Source of the DNA: Octopus vulgaris
Lineage: Eukaryota
Direction of reading: 5' to 3'
NCBI GenBank assembly: GCA_951406725.2
Contig: OX597836.1
Location: 40,176,001 to 40,240,000, forward strand
Length of the DNA: 64,000 nt
A model generated the notes under the pieces. That model saw nothing but the letters and a program-made list of their open reading frames with translations. It searched no databases and was not told the DNA's origin. Of the stretch, positions 14,644 to 27,176 are shown one piece after another (position 1 is the first letter of the stretch; every line of letters starts with the position of its first letter). A program made the position numbers and the translations under genes.

Positions 14644-15058
14644 GGCACAGGAGTGGCTGTGTGGTAAGTAGCTTGCTTACCAACCACATAGTTCCGGGTT
14701 CAGTCCCCCTGCGTGGCATCTTGGGCAAGTGTCTTCTACTATAGCCTCGGGCCGACCAAAGCCTTTTGAGTGGATTTGGTAGACGGAAACTGAAAGAAGC
14801 CCGTCGTATATATGTATATATATGTGTGTGTGTGTGTGTGTGCGTGTATGTTTGTGTGTCTGTGTTTGTCCCCCTAGCATTGCTTGACAACCGATGCTGG
14901 TGTGTTTATGTCCCTGTCACTTAGTGGTTCGGCAAAAAAGACCGATAGAATAAGTACTGGGCTTACAAAGAATAAGTCCCGGGGTCGAGTTGCTCGATTA
15001 AAGGCGTGGCTCCAGCATGGCCGCAGTCAAATGACTGAAACAAGTAAGAAAGAGAGTA
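14644..15058 (+). mobile_element. SINE family B, full length
   Basis: Near-identical inverted counterpart of 13507-13921. Confidence 0.9.
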
Positions 15059-15290
15059 CATGAGAATTTGTCCTCACCCACCTCCACCACAGCCAGCAAT
15101 TTCTTATTAATTTAACTAGTAATTGGTACCTAAATATTTTCTATTTACAAAGGAATTTTTTGTTTTTAAAAAATTATGGCTAATTTTGTGGAAAATTTGT
15201 AAATAATTAAAACACCTCTTCATAATTCTTACTAAGGAAATATTTTCTCTTTCACCTGGGTTCATGAATATTTATTCTTGTATTCTAAAC

Positions 15291-15607
15291 TGGCATTCCG
15301 TCGGTTACTACGACGATGGTTCCAACTGATCCGTTCAGTGGGACAGCTTCTCAGGAAATTAACGTGCAATTGGCTGAGCACTCCACGTACCCTTAATGCG
15401 GTTCTCGGGGAGATTCAGGATGACACAGCGTGTGACAAGGATGACCCTTTGAAAATACAGGCACTACTCATTTTTGCTAGCTGAGTGTGGACTGGAGGAA
15501 CATTAAATAACGCTTCTTATTTAAGGTCGCAACGCACCGCCGGGAATCGAATCCACGACGAAACGATCGTGAGCTGAATTACTCCAAACACTAAGCCACG
15601 CACCTTC
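15291..15607 (-). mobile_element. tRNA-SINE with family D-like head and tail type A, diverged
   Basis: Head resembles 34194 (gcgtggcttagtg...gctcacgatcgt...ctccagtccacactcagct); tail resembles 28965-29142. Confidence 0.7.
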
Positions 15608-15885
15608 ACTCTTGTACTTTAAACTCTGTACTTGAATGCAGCTCTACGATTTCCACCACCACCTCTCTCTCTCTCTCTCTCTCTACCTCTCTCTTTCTCT
15701 CTCTTTCTCTCTCTTTCATTCTCTCTGTCTTTCTCCCATTCTCTCTCTCCCTCACTCATTATATCAATCAATAATTTCCTTCCTCTGTACTCACCTTTTT
15801 CTCCTTAAAAATATTCACTTCTCTCAACCACTCTTATTGATCTACGCGTTCTGAAATATATAAAACACAGATAAATTAATAAGCA

Positions 15886-16066
15886 TACCATATTCGATAG
15901 CGTATACGATGCACTATTTTTCGAAGCAGATAATATCTCACCGGGTCCTATATGCTAATATCGCACGCTTTAATGCACTCAAAACCTTTTTTTTATCTCA
16001 ATATACGCTGAATATACTGGAGTGCACCTAATATGCCTTGCATCTTTTATGTCATAAAATACAGTA
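15886..16066. mobile_element. Old Tc1/mariner-type MITE
   Basis: Imperfect 28-bp inverted termini taccatattcgatagcgtatacgatgca / tgcatcttttatgtcataaaatacagta bounded by TA. Confidence 0.4.
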
Positions 16067-16475
16067 GTTTATGATAACGTTATGATTAATTTGATTTATA
16101 AACATTGTCAAATCACAACATACAACTACTACCAAACACACGATGTTTGACCAGAAACCAAAAAATATCTATCCCCTTTCCTTTCTTTCATTCAACTCTA
16201 TATATCCCTCGAAGTCCCCTAAAAGACTCTCTTTCTCTTTTTTTATTCTTCTGCCCTAACGCAAACACTTTTTGAAATTCGAACGTCAGAGAGTGAGGTT
16301 AATACCTTTTTTAAGAAGTTCCCAGTTATTGGCCCTTTTTCTTCTTTTTTCTTTATTTCTTCCACACGGAACCTTTTGAAATCCAGACTTTATAGATCGC
16401 GGTGGACGCGTATTTAGGATCTAGGCCTTATTACTTTAAACATTTTCATTTTTTTTTCTTTTGGTACATTTAATA

Positions 16476-16646
16476 AGGATTTACAATTTTGGCACAAGGC
16501 CAGCAATTCCAACGACTTACCGCTGCTTACATCGACCCCAGTGCTCGACCCCAAAAGATGAAAAGCAAAACCGATCTCGGTGGAATTCGAACGAAAAGCC
16601 GCTAAGCATTTTGCCAGGCTTGCTAACGATTCTGCCAGCTCGCCGT
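16476..16646 (-). mobile_element. SINE family A, internally deleted
   Basis: acgattctgccagctcgccg head, catcgaccccagtg core. Confidence 0.7.
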
Positions 16647-18249
16647 CTTTTTGTTATATTTCATAATGGAATACTCAAATAATTCTGCATTCGTTTGTGG
16701 ATATCAAAAGACTTGAACGTACTAATTGTCCTTGGTATGACTTTAAGCTGCATACGTTAATGAAGCGCGTGTTCAGATATTCCCAGATTTGGAAGAGCGT
16801 TGACCACCTATTAGCCACTGTTATTCTCAGGTTCCTCTGAGCCAGGCCTACTCTTGTTGTTAGGATCCCAGTTATGGGTTAATTGGCATGTAGCCACCCG
16901 AGCTAGGGTATGTTCAGCTCATGCGATGCCGCATGATTGATGTAAACTATTTCGACAAATGAACTTATTGTATCAATTGCGAATATCACCAGATGCTGAG
17001 CCGACGATCGGTCAACAAATTGTCAACGGCGAAGATCCACTAGTTTTTTTATTCTGTTGTCGTTTCCCGCGCAGATGAGATACTCCAGCTAGCGAAAGAC
17101 CTAGATTTATTGGTCTGGGCAAATAGCTCGATTCGGATCGGAACACACTAAGCCTCTACAAGAGGCTTAGTATGTTCATGTGATACATCAGTTCTTCCTG
17201 ATTCGGTCTTCAAGACTATACTCATGTTGCTATATATTCTACATTGATGAAAGATACATATATCCTGCATTACATCAGTAAGAGCTTCTTTAAGTGCTTT
17301 AAAGAACATTCATTTTCGGCTTTATCCGTTTTGTAGGCGTATTTCTCGAGAAGGGATGCACTATCTTTGTACACGTATGTCAACCATAGTTTCTCCTTTT
17401 CCTTGGTTTATATCGAGGAGCTGCTTGTCATCTACAGCATTACAAAATATTGTTGGCATTGGTATTATTTAACCCTACAACAGAATTGATCAAAAGGCAT
17501 TTCGGTCATAACCATTACGCTCTTTTAATATTTTAAGCTTATTCTATCACGAGCCTCATCAACCAACGTATCATTTCGTCATTTTTATAACGGTGGATGT
17601 ATAATCTGAAAGAGATTCTTTTATCTTTTACTTGTTTCAGTCATTTCACTGTATCCATGCTGAAGCAACACCTTGTTTCTAAGGTGCAGCAGAAAGATCT
17701 ACCACAAAGAGTCTCCTGATATTGGCATTGCTGTTTAAATTAATATTTTCAACCAATCTTTGTTTTTGTTTGTTATTGTTCAACTGTAAATGTTTATGCT
17801 TGAGGCTCGGTCTGTTTAATTTTTGCATTGTTTTGTGTGTGTGCGAGAGAGAGAGGAAGGTGGAGAAGGGATAGAGTGATTGTGTGTGTGAACGTGTGTG
17901 TTTACGTGTGTGTATGTGTGTTTGTGTTCACGTTTAAAAAGAACTAGAGTGGCAGATGATACGTTATTAAGATTACTGTTGCTACCACTCTGGCAAGCAA
18001 ACCTTTTTGTTACTTCTATGGCAGCCATTTTGCAATGTGAGTAAATATTACAAATGGCCGATGGCGGAAATATTTAGTTTTAAACAAATCGATTTTTCAA
18101 CGAGCCATCTTTTCTATCCCAGGGTAAATGGTGGTTGTTCAAGTATTTATTTGGCTTTTCTTGATAAAACATTATTTTTTCCTTCTTCGCAAAAAATCGC
18201 AAAAGAAATTGAGCGTCCAACACACACAAATACTTGGTCTGAATAATCA

Positions 18250-18396
18250 TTCTTTCAAATTTTGGAACAAAACCCGCAATTTTACGGTAAGTGATTAGTC
18301 GCATCGACACCAATGCTTGACTGGTACTTCATTTTATTGACGTTGAAAAGACGAATGACATATTCGACTTCGGTGACACGGGTAAAATGCTTAGCA
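18250..18396 (-). mobile_element. SINE family A remnant
   Basis: actggtactt...ttattgac core and ttcaaattttggaacaa tail. Confidence 0.55.
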
Positions 18397-18521
18397 TCCT
18401 GGCAAGGAAGTCTTCTTTCTATTCCTATGGAAGCCATTTTGCAATGTGGGTAATTTTAAAATTATTTTAAACGTTGTACTTGTTCTATCGATCGCTTTTG
18501 TCAAGCGGTGGAGAGAGACAA

Positions 18522-18563
<42 letters not shown>

Positions 18564-18684
18564 TCAAACATATAAGGGATGGCCATAATAGGACATCCGA
18601 CTCACAAGAAAGAGCAGTTAAACTCCAAACCACTAACAGTTGTAATTCTGAAATGGAAAGAGAAATAAAAACGTTTACCCTCTC

Positions 18685-18770
18685 CTTTCTGGACTATGCA
18701 TAGTTTCGGCAATCTTTTTGTAAATAAAATAAATTTATTTACGATTGGCGTTGCACTCTTCAGCAGAAAG
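18685..18770 (-). ncRNA. Type-I hammerhead ribozyme with canonical core, inside a TA-flanked Penelope-like unit (about 18563-18968)
   Basis: Minus strand: stem I CUUUCUG, CUGAAGA, long stem II opening G and closing C, GAAA, stem III CUA-UGCA-UAG, UC (triplet GUC), stem I CAGAAAG. Confidence 0.8.
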
Positions 18771-18992
18771 CCAAGGACTAACATATACCCACGAGGCAAT
18801 AATAGCCATGCCTCGAGTCTATATGCTATAACTTTTCAAAATCAACCACTCTCGCGCGGTTCTCAGCAGCAAATATAAACTGCTGATTTAATTTCAAAAT
18901 TAGCCAAAAATATCATTAATTAATAAATCTTAGGGTAGCAAAAAATTCTAGAAAAATTCTCCACTACATATATATATATATATATATACACG

Positions 18993-19104
<112 letters not shown>

Positions 19105-19106
19105 TA

Positions 19107-19640
19107 TTAGCCTTGTCTTTTAGTTACATTGTCTTTTACTTCCAGTACCCTTGCCCCTTATTTCTTATTTTTTCATTTTTTAACGTTTATTTTTTTCTCT
19201 CTATTTTATTTTCTCTCTATTTTTCTTTTTTTCTTTTTTCTTTTTTCTTTCTATCTTATTTTCCTTCCTATCTTACACAAGAGAATTGAATATAAACCCA
19301 TTCCAATCTATTTAACATTCACTCTATGTTGACTGGTGATACAGTATGGGCAGATTTTCCAAATCAAATGAATCTTTATACATTTATACAGTTAGGAAAT
19401 TTTACAAATACACTTTTTCAGAGAGGTATGATAAACCTATTATAATGGGTAACACTACATGTACTTTTCATATTTTTATAGTGTGATGTAACTCTTTGGA
19501 ATAACAATGTTTGCGGCTGAAGGGACCTTTAAACCATCTTTTATATCAATAATACACTGATGTAATAACGGATTGTTTATAAAGATTGAAACACGTGTAC
19601 CGCGATATCCTTTGTGTTCTGTTTTTAATTTTATTTGATA
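19107..19640 (+). mobile_element. TA-flanked Penelope-like terminal unit with degenerate hammerhead (19555-19605)
   Basis: ctgatgt...gaaacacgtgta with palindromic stem III; 19253-19437 duplicated at 24787-24971; (TA)n on both sides. Confidence 0.5.
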
Positions 19641-19647
19641 AATACAT

Positions 19648-19697
<50 letters not shown>

Positions 19698-19701
<4 letters not shown>

Positions 19702-19878
19702 GACAGCTAAATCTACAGATTTTTTTCATTCTCTCTCTGTGTATTTTCTCTTATCTCTTTATGTTGAAGAGCGTCGGCTCGAAACGTGAAAGACTTTTTC
19801 ATTTTCCCAAGCGTCAAACTAATATACTTGCTTGTTGCTCATACAATTATCTTCGTCATTTGTTTTACTGTAAATTAT
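19698..19878 (+). mobile_element. Short hammerhead-motif element family H, copy 1 (decayed core)
   Basis: tctttatgttgaagagcgtcggctcgaaacgtgaaaga at about 19756-19793; TA flanks. Confidence 0.65.
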
Positions 19879-19884
19879 ATATAG

Positions 19885-19954
<70 letters not shown>

Positions 19955-20019
19955 GCATATATGTATGTGCATATATATATATATATATATATTAAATTAG
20001 ATATATATATATATATACG

Positions 20020-20190
20020 CATATAAACGACAGGCTTCTTTTAATTTCCGTCTACCAAATCTACTGAGGGTTTTGGTCGACCTGAGGCTATAGTAGAAGA
20101 CACTTACCCGAGGTGTCACGCACTGGGACCGAACCTAAAACCATATGGTCGAGAAGCAAGCTTCTTACCACACAACCACGCTGCGCCTAC
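20020..20190 (-). mobile_element. SINE family B 5' portion
   Basis: ttccgtctaccaaatc...cttaccacacaaccac. Confidence 0.8.
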
Positions 20191-20194
20191 GCAC

Positions 20195-21689
20195 ATATAT
20201 GTGTGTATGTATGTATGTATGTATGTATGTATGCATGCATGTATGTATGTATGTATGTATGTATGTGTGTATGTATGTATGTATGTATGTATGTATGTAT
20301 GTATGTATGTATGTATGTATGCATGCATGTATGTATGTATGTATGTATGTGTGTATGTATGTATGTATGTATGTATGTATGTATGTATGTATGTATGTAT
20401 GTATGTGTGTATGTATGTATGTATGTATGTATGTATGTATGTATGTTTATGATGGGGAAATAAATAAGAATTATGATAAATATGAGGCATTGACTCATTG
20501 CGGACTCGAGGAAATATTGGGGAGAAAAATCGATAGATAAATATATAAATGTCACATCAGATGTAAGATCGTAATAACAAGTTGACATATATTGGCATTG
20601 TGGTGGTGGTGGTGGTGGTGGTGGATGCCGTGGTGGTGGCGGTGGTAGATCACATAGTGGTGGTGAAGGTGTTGGCATAGTGGTGGTGAACAGCTTACTT
20701 CAAATATGATGTGGTGGCGCTGACGGTGACGTTAGGGTGTGTGGAGAGATTGTGATGGTAGTGGGGTTGGTGGATGGTGATAGTGATGGTGGTGGTGGTG
20801 GTGGTAGTGGTAGCAGTAATAGTACAGGTGGCAGTTAGAGGTGGTGATTGTGGTGATGATGATGGTAATAGTGGCGATGGTGATGGTGATGGTGATGGTG
20901 GGGGTGGTGGTTGTGGTGGTGGTGGATGTGGTGGTGGTTGTAGTGGTGGTGGTGGTGGTGGTAGTGGTAGCAGTAATAGTACAGGTGGCAGTTAGAGGTG
21001 GTGATAGTGGTGATGATGATGGTAATAGTGGCGATGGTGATGGTGATGGTGATGGTGGTGGTGGTGGTGATATGGTGGTGGTGGTGATATGGTGGTGGTG
21101 GTGGTGGTGGTAGTGGTAGCAGTAATAGAACAGGTGGCAGTTTGAGGTGGTGATGGTGGTGATGATGATGGTAATAGTGGCGATGGTGATGGTGATGGTG
21201 ATGGTGGTGGTGGTGGTTGTGGTGGTGGTGGTGGTGGTGGTGGTGGTGGTGGTGGTGGTGGTGGTGGTAGTGGTAGCAGTAATAGTACAGGTGGCAGTTA
21301 GAGGTGGTGATAGTGGTGATGATGATGGTAATAGTGGCGATGGTGATGGTGATGGTGATGGTGGTGGTGGTGGTGGTGATATGGTGGTGGTGGTGGTAGT
21401 GGTGGTGGTGGTGGTGATGGTAGTGGTAGCAGTAATAGTACAGGTGGCAGTTAGAGGTGGTGATGGTGGTGATATGATGGTAATAGTGGCGATGGTGATG
21501 GCGATGGTGATGGTGATAGTGATGGTGGTGGTGGTGATATGGTGGTGGTGGTGGTGGTGGTGGTGGTAGTGGTGGAAGTGCTACAGCTAATGATCGTGAC
21601 AATGACGATGATGATGCTGGTGGTAATAATGACGACGTTGATGATGACGATGATGATGATGACGGTGATCATAACGATGACGATGATGC

Positions 21690-21730
<41 letters not shown>

Positions 21731-21809
21731 CTGATGATGATGATGATGATGATGACGATGATGATGATGATGATGATGATGACGATGATGATGATGATGA
21801 TGATGATGT

Positions 21810-21844
<35 letters not shown>

Positions 21845-22190
21845 ACGACGTTGTAGCTATTGTTGTTTCCGTTCTTCCGGTTGTTGTTGTTGTTGTTGAT
21901 GTTGTTGGTGGTTGTGATGGTGGTGAGGGTGTGATGGTGTTGGTGGTGGTCATAATAACAGGTAACGTGACATACGTTGACAGCACTTACGATGATGATG
22001 GTGGTGGTGGTGGTGGTGGTGGTGGTGGTGGTAGTTATGATAGATGTGATGATGTTGGAGTTGGTGCTGGTGGTGGTGGTGGTGGTGGTGGTGGTGGTGG
22101 TGGTGGTGGTGGTGGTGGTGGTGGTGGTGGTGGTGGTTATTATGGTAGAGGTGGTGATGGTGGAGTTGGTGCTGGTGGTGGTGATCGTGA

Positions 22191-22222
<32 letters not shown>

Positions 22223-22405
22223 GGTGGTGGTGGTTGTGGTAGTTATAATTATGGTCGTAATGGTGGAAGTTGTGAGAATGGCGGCGGGGAGGATGAGGTG
22301 TTTGTGTTCTTTTTCGTGGGAATTGCGTTAATTGTTGATGATGGTGACGGTGATGGTGTGATGGTAGTGGTGGTGACGGATGTAAAAATGTTGATGATGG
22401 TTCTT

Positions 22406-22479
<74 letters not shown>

Positions 22480-23366
22480 CTGGTTGTGGTAGTAGTCTGA
22501 TTGTGGTAGTGGTAGTAGTACTAGTAGTGGTAGTGGTGGTGGTGGTTGTGGTGGTGGTGGTGGTGGTAGCTGTAGTTGTTGTAGTGGTGGGGAATATAGT
22601 GTAAATTATGACCAGGATTAGATTCATAAACGAGATGCTAATTATGGTGGTCTTAGTAATGGGGGACTTTGATGTTCCATATGAGGCCGACGATGATGAT
22701 GACGATGATGATGACGATGATGATTAGAATGATGATGGTGATGAAGACGATGATGATAAAAAACATGATGATTAGGAGGAGGGGAGGGGAAGGGGAGGAG
22801 GAGAACGAGGAGGAGAACGACGACGACGATGATGATTAGAATGATGATGATGGTGATGAAGACGACGACGACAAAACGGCGACGGCGACGGCAACGATGA
22901 TGATGATGACAACGATGATGATGATGACAACGATGATGATGACGATGATTAGGATCATGATAACGGTGAAGACGATGATGATCAAAAACATGATGATTAG
23001 GAGGAGGGGGGGCAGGAGGAGGAGAAGGAAGAAGACGACGAGGACGACGACGATGTTGTTGATGATGATGTTGATGATGATGAGGAGGAGGATGATGATG
23101 ATGGTGATGATGAGGAGGAGGAGGAAAAAGAAGAGGTGGAGGAGGACGACGATGACGATAATGATGACGACGACGATGATGACGATGATGACGATGACGA
23201 TGATCATGACGATGACGATGAGGAGGAAGAAGAAGAAGAAGAAGAAGAAGAAGAAGAAAAAGAAAAAAAGAAGAAGAAGAAGAAAAAGAAGAAGAAGAAG
23301 AAGAAGAAGAAGAAGAAGAAGAAGAAGAAGAAGAAGAAGAAGAAGAAGAAGAAGAAGAAGAAGAAG

Positions 23367-23397
<31 letters not shown>

Positions 23398-23400
23398 GGA
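20195..23400. repeat. Large compound simple-repeat block: (ATGT)n, (GGT)n-derived minisatellite, (GAT)n, (GTA)n, (GAC/GAG)n, (AAG)n
   Basis: Direct inspection; nearly pure (AAG)n at about 23226-23396. Confidence 0.95.
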
Positions 23401-23788
23401 GGGGGTGTAAGAAGAACTCGGGTAGGGGGGCAACAAGAGCAGAACGATCAGTAAAACCATTCCTCCGTAGAAATCTTTGTAGAATTCTTTCTACTCTGCC
23501 GTCAAATTTTTTTTCTGTACTTAATATGATTAGGCTTCGTTTATATATTTCTATATTGTCTTATGTGTAAACCGTATCGTATAGCGAGCTGAAGTGATAT
23601 ATATTTGCCTCTGTAACATGATACATGTCGATGTATAGTCGGAGTGGTCTATGATACGAGGAGACGGAGCAGCGCATTTATATTCGGTATGAATGGAATG
23701 ATTTGTATTATTAACAAATATGGAGAAGGACACGTTGAGGTGTAGAATGATAACGTGTTAAATATTGCTGTATGGCGACGCGTATGGT

Positions 23789-24079
23789 TGCAAATATATG
23801 GGAAACTACCACCTGTGTCATCTCTTGTGAAAGGTAGGAGAGTCCAGTTTGCTGGACATTGTTGTAGAGCTGAAAACGATGTAATTTCTACTCTCCTCCT
23901 CTGGAAGCCATCTGCTCGCGATACCAAAGGGCGCACACTCTCCTACCCTGATGTAATCTCCAGGGATACAGGCATCCAGCAACAGGACCTCCGTAATGCC
24001 ATGATGGACCGTGAAGTCTGGCGTAGCATGGTAAATTCCATTGTCTCGACCACGGTCGAACAATGATGATGATGATGAT
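23789..24079 (+). mobile_element. RTE-clade LINE 3' end, second copy
   Basis: QIYGKLPPVSSLVKGRRVQFAGHCCR...STTVEQ* with (TGA)n tail; near-identical to 7763-8049. Confidence 0.88.
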
Positions 24080-24306
24080 GGTTGTGAGATGGAGATGTGT
24101 ATGGTGATGCACAATGAGCTGGGGGTGGTTGTAGTGTAAGGTGGTGTATGGTAGTAAGCTGGACAGGGAGCGAGTGGTGTGTCTGTGAGATCGGACAGCA
24201 CACGTTGTGCTGAAAATTCAATTACAGACTTAGATATTAGCATATACGGTGATGTATCATGTCCGTGAATGAATTAAAGGAAGATATCTTGGAAGCATTT
24301 CTTCCA

Positions 24307-24343
<37 letters not shown>

Positions 24344-24365
24344 TCTTTCTTTCTCTTTCTCCTTA

Positions 24366-24452
<87 letters not shown>

Positions 24453-24469
24453 AGCACAATTAATTCAGA

Positions 24470-24638
24470 CGCGATTTTTTTCTTTGCATTTTTATTTCTT
24501 TCCATCTGCTTTCTCCCCTTCATTTCTTTCTGCAGAAGAGCATAGACTCGAAACATTAAAGACTTTCTCATGAGCGTTAAACAAATGAACCATGTTTGTT
24601 GTTCTTTCACCTGTCTCTGTTTTATGTATATTTTAACC

Positions 24639-24640
<2 letters not shown>
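24470..24640 (+). mobile_element. Family H copy 2 (decayed hammerhead motif at about 24525-24563)
   Basis: tctttctgcagaagagcatagactcgaaacattaaaga followed by the family 3' segment. Confidence 0.6.
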
Positions 24641-24701
<61 letters not shown>

Positions 24702-24707
<6 letters not shown>

Positions 24708-24782
24708 GGGTCGGGGCTGAAAAGTTCCTGGCGTTAAGGTTATCACAAAAGGCCTGGCTACAGGCTCAACCTTCGGAGGCTT
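24702..24782 (+). mobile_element. Mariner-type terminal inverted repeat remnant
   Basis: TA-cgaggggtcggggctgaaaagttcctggc resembles mariner TIRs; partner end not found. Confidence 0.45.
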
Positions 24783-25169
24783 AGAAATCTTATTTTCCTT
24801 CCTATCTTACACAAGAGAATTGAATATAAACCCATTCCAATCTATTTAACATTCACTCTATGTTGACTGGTGATACAGTATGGGCAGATTTTCCAAATCA
24901 AATGAATCTTTATACATTTATACAGTTAGGAAATTTTACAAATACACTTTTTCAGAGAGGTATGATAAACCGTTGCAATAAGTGTGTGAATTTCAGACGG
25001 GAATATATATATATATATATACTTATTAATTATTATATTTTAATCATTCATTTTTATACTTTTTGAGACCTAGTTATATGTTTTATAAAGAAATATATTA
25101 TTTGTAATTTATGTTTTGGTTTATGTCTATCACTGTTTGAGTTGCATAATAGTGTTTTTATCTCTAATT

Positions 25170-25204
<35 letters not shown>

Positions 25205-25363
25205 ACAAAATGAGACAAGAAGGCAAAACATCCAAATAGACGATACAAAAAACACGGACGGGTCATTCGAAGCCTTTAATCTTCAGTCAAGAACCGTATA
25301 CTCAAAAACAATTCTCGTAGGCATAGAAGAAAAAATAACGAAAGTTCACTCGAAAATCGATTA

Positions 25364-25446
25364 CTTGTGAACGCGTTCCTGGATTAGTTAGATATAGAGA
25401 TACTAGAAATACATCCCTATTCCAACATTCCTGTCATCAGCACAAG
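25364..25446 (-). ncRNA. Type-I hammerhead-like motif with one core substitution, in TA-flanked unit 25202-25478
   Basis: Minus: CUUGUG-CUGAUGA-long stem II-GGAA (for GAAA)-CGCG-UU-CACAAG. Confidence 0.6.
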
Positions 25447-25475
25447 ATTTCATTAAATTTAAATTAAAATTGACA

Positions 25476-25526
<51 letters not shown>

Positions 25527-25533
<7 letters not shown>

Positions 25534-25830
25534 ATCACGTGACCAACCAGATCATCAGATGTTGTTACACATCGCTGGTCACAACGCGCTCGCATTGTTT
25601 TAGCCTTCGAATGACGCCACCCTGCTGGCTAAGCGAGCAGGCCAACAGAAGAAAGAGTGGGAAAAAGAGTGGTGAATGAGTACAGCAGGGATCACCACCC
25701 CCTGCCGGAGTCTCGTGGAGCTTTTAGGTGTTTTCGCTCAATAAACACTCACCACGCCCGGCCTGGGAATCGAAACCGCGATCCTACGACCGTGAGTCCG
25801 TTGCCCTAACCACTGGGCCATTGCGCCTCC
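25527..25830 (-). mobile_element. tRNA-derived SINE family C, tail type B, in (TA)n
   Basis: Head ggaggcgcaatggcccagtggttagggca...tttcgattccc; tail ends tcacgtgatcacgtga. Confidence 0.88.
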
Positions 25831-26033
25831 ATATATATATATATATATCACTCGCCAAGTATGGATCGACCGAAGGATATGTTGAAATTTACTTGCGTAA
25901 GAAGCCATGCAGCCGGATCGAACTTGCGGCCAGTAACTTGCAAAGTAAACTTCTTAGTGATTCGGCCAACCACACAACCGAGCAACAAAGATATATGTAT
26001 GTATGCATCTCCATACATACTTACACGTTTGTG

Positions 26034-26102
<69 letters not shown>

Positions 26103-26815
26103 AGTATGTTGAGGTATGTATTATTTCCTCATTTCTTTCACAATTAATGTTTTTTCGAGTTATTTCGTTAATTGATACGGATTTTTTAAAAATATTTTTT
26201 TCTTTTGAAACATTTTATGTCTTGTTGAGAACAATAAATTTTCTAATTCCATTAAAATTCTAAAAGTCGCTCAGTCCCGTCTTCTCTATCAGATAATTTT
26301 AATGGCGGTTTGTTCCGTTGTTTACATAGCTATTCATTGTTTTTGTTTTTTTTTGCTGTTATTTGATTTGTAAACTGGAATAATAGAAAAAAATTGATTT
26401 GTGTGTTTCTTATGGCCATAAGAAATATATATACATATATATATATACACAAACAAAGTGTTGGTCAGTTGGCATCCAAACTACACTACCTCTTGTTCCT
26501 AAGATTCATATCTACATCTTTATCTGTATATTTACCTTCCCTAAGATGTTATTAATTGATCTGAGAACTTTATATTATTGGAAAACCTATATAAAATTAG
26601 CTGAAGATTACTCGGCATCTTAAATCTGCTGTAATATTTACAGCTTTTAATAAAATGTTGTAGTATGAAACAATTGTACTAAATTACCGGATTCATTCTT
26701 GTTGCTTATTTTTGATTATAATCACCCCGCATATTTTTACGGGTAACACCATAAAAAATTGTGGTGCATCTAAATTAAGTGCCATATTCATTTGAATCTA
26801 AATTGTTGCTGAACT

Positions 26816-26846
<31 letters not shown>

Positions 26847-27176
26847 GTTAAAGAGGACAACAAACAGATAGAGTAGAGCTGAAAGACGTCTGACCAGTGG
26901 TCACTTGTCTTTCTGTCGTCATTATGCCATTTTCACTTCTGATATAATGCACACGAATAACAGAATTTAACCTTTTTAACACCAACCTTCCTCGAACTTC
27001 AATAACAACAGTAACAACAATCAGGAAACAATTTAACAGCAATCAGGTAACACGATTTAACCCTTTTAGTATCAACTTGTCCGGGCTTTAAATTTGAATT
27101 TTGCGATATTACTAAGCTATTTCAATAGATTCTGTTATCATTTGGGGTGGCGTGCTCTGGTATTCTGTATATTGGA

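Noticed and set aside
16690-17480. 800 bp of unique sequence as exon or LINE
   Set aside because: No sustained ORF; only faint RTE-like patches on the minus strand, too weak to call
22642-23570. Poly-Asp/Glu/Lys/Arg ORFs resembling an acidic-basic nuclear protein
   Set aside because: Pure (GAT)/(GAG)/(AAG) repeats without splice signals or unique sequence
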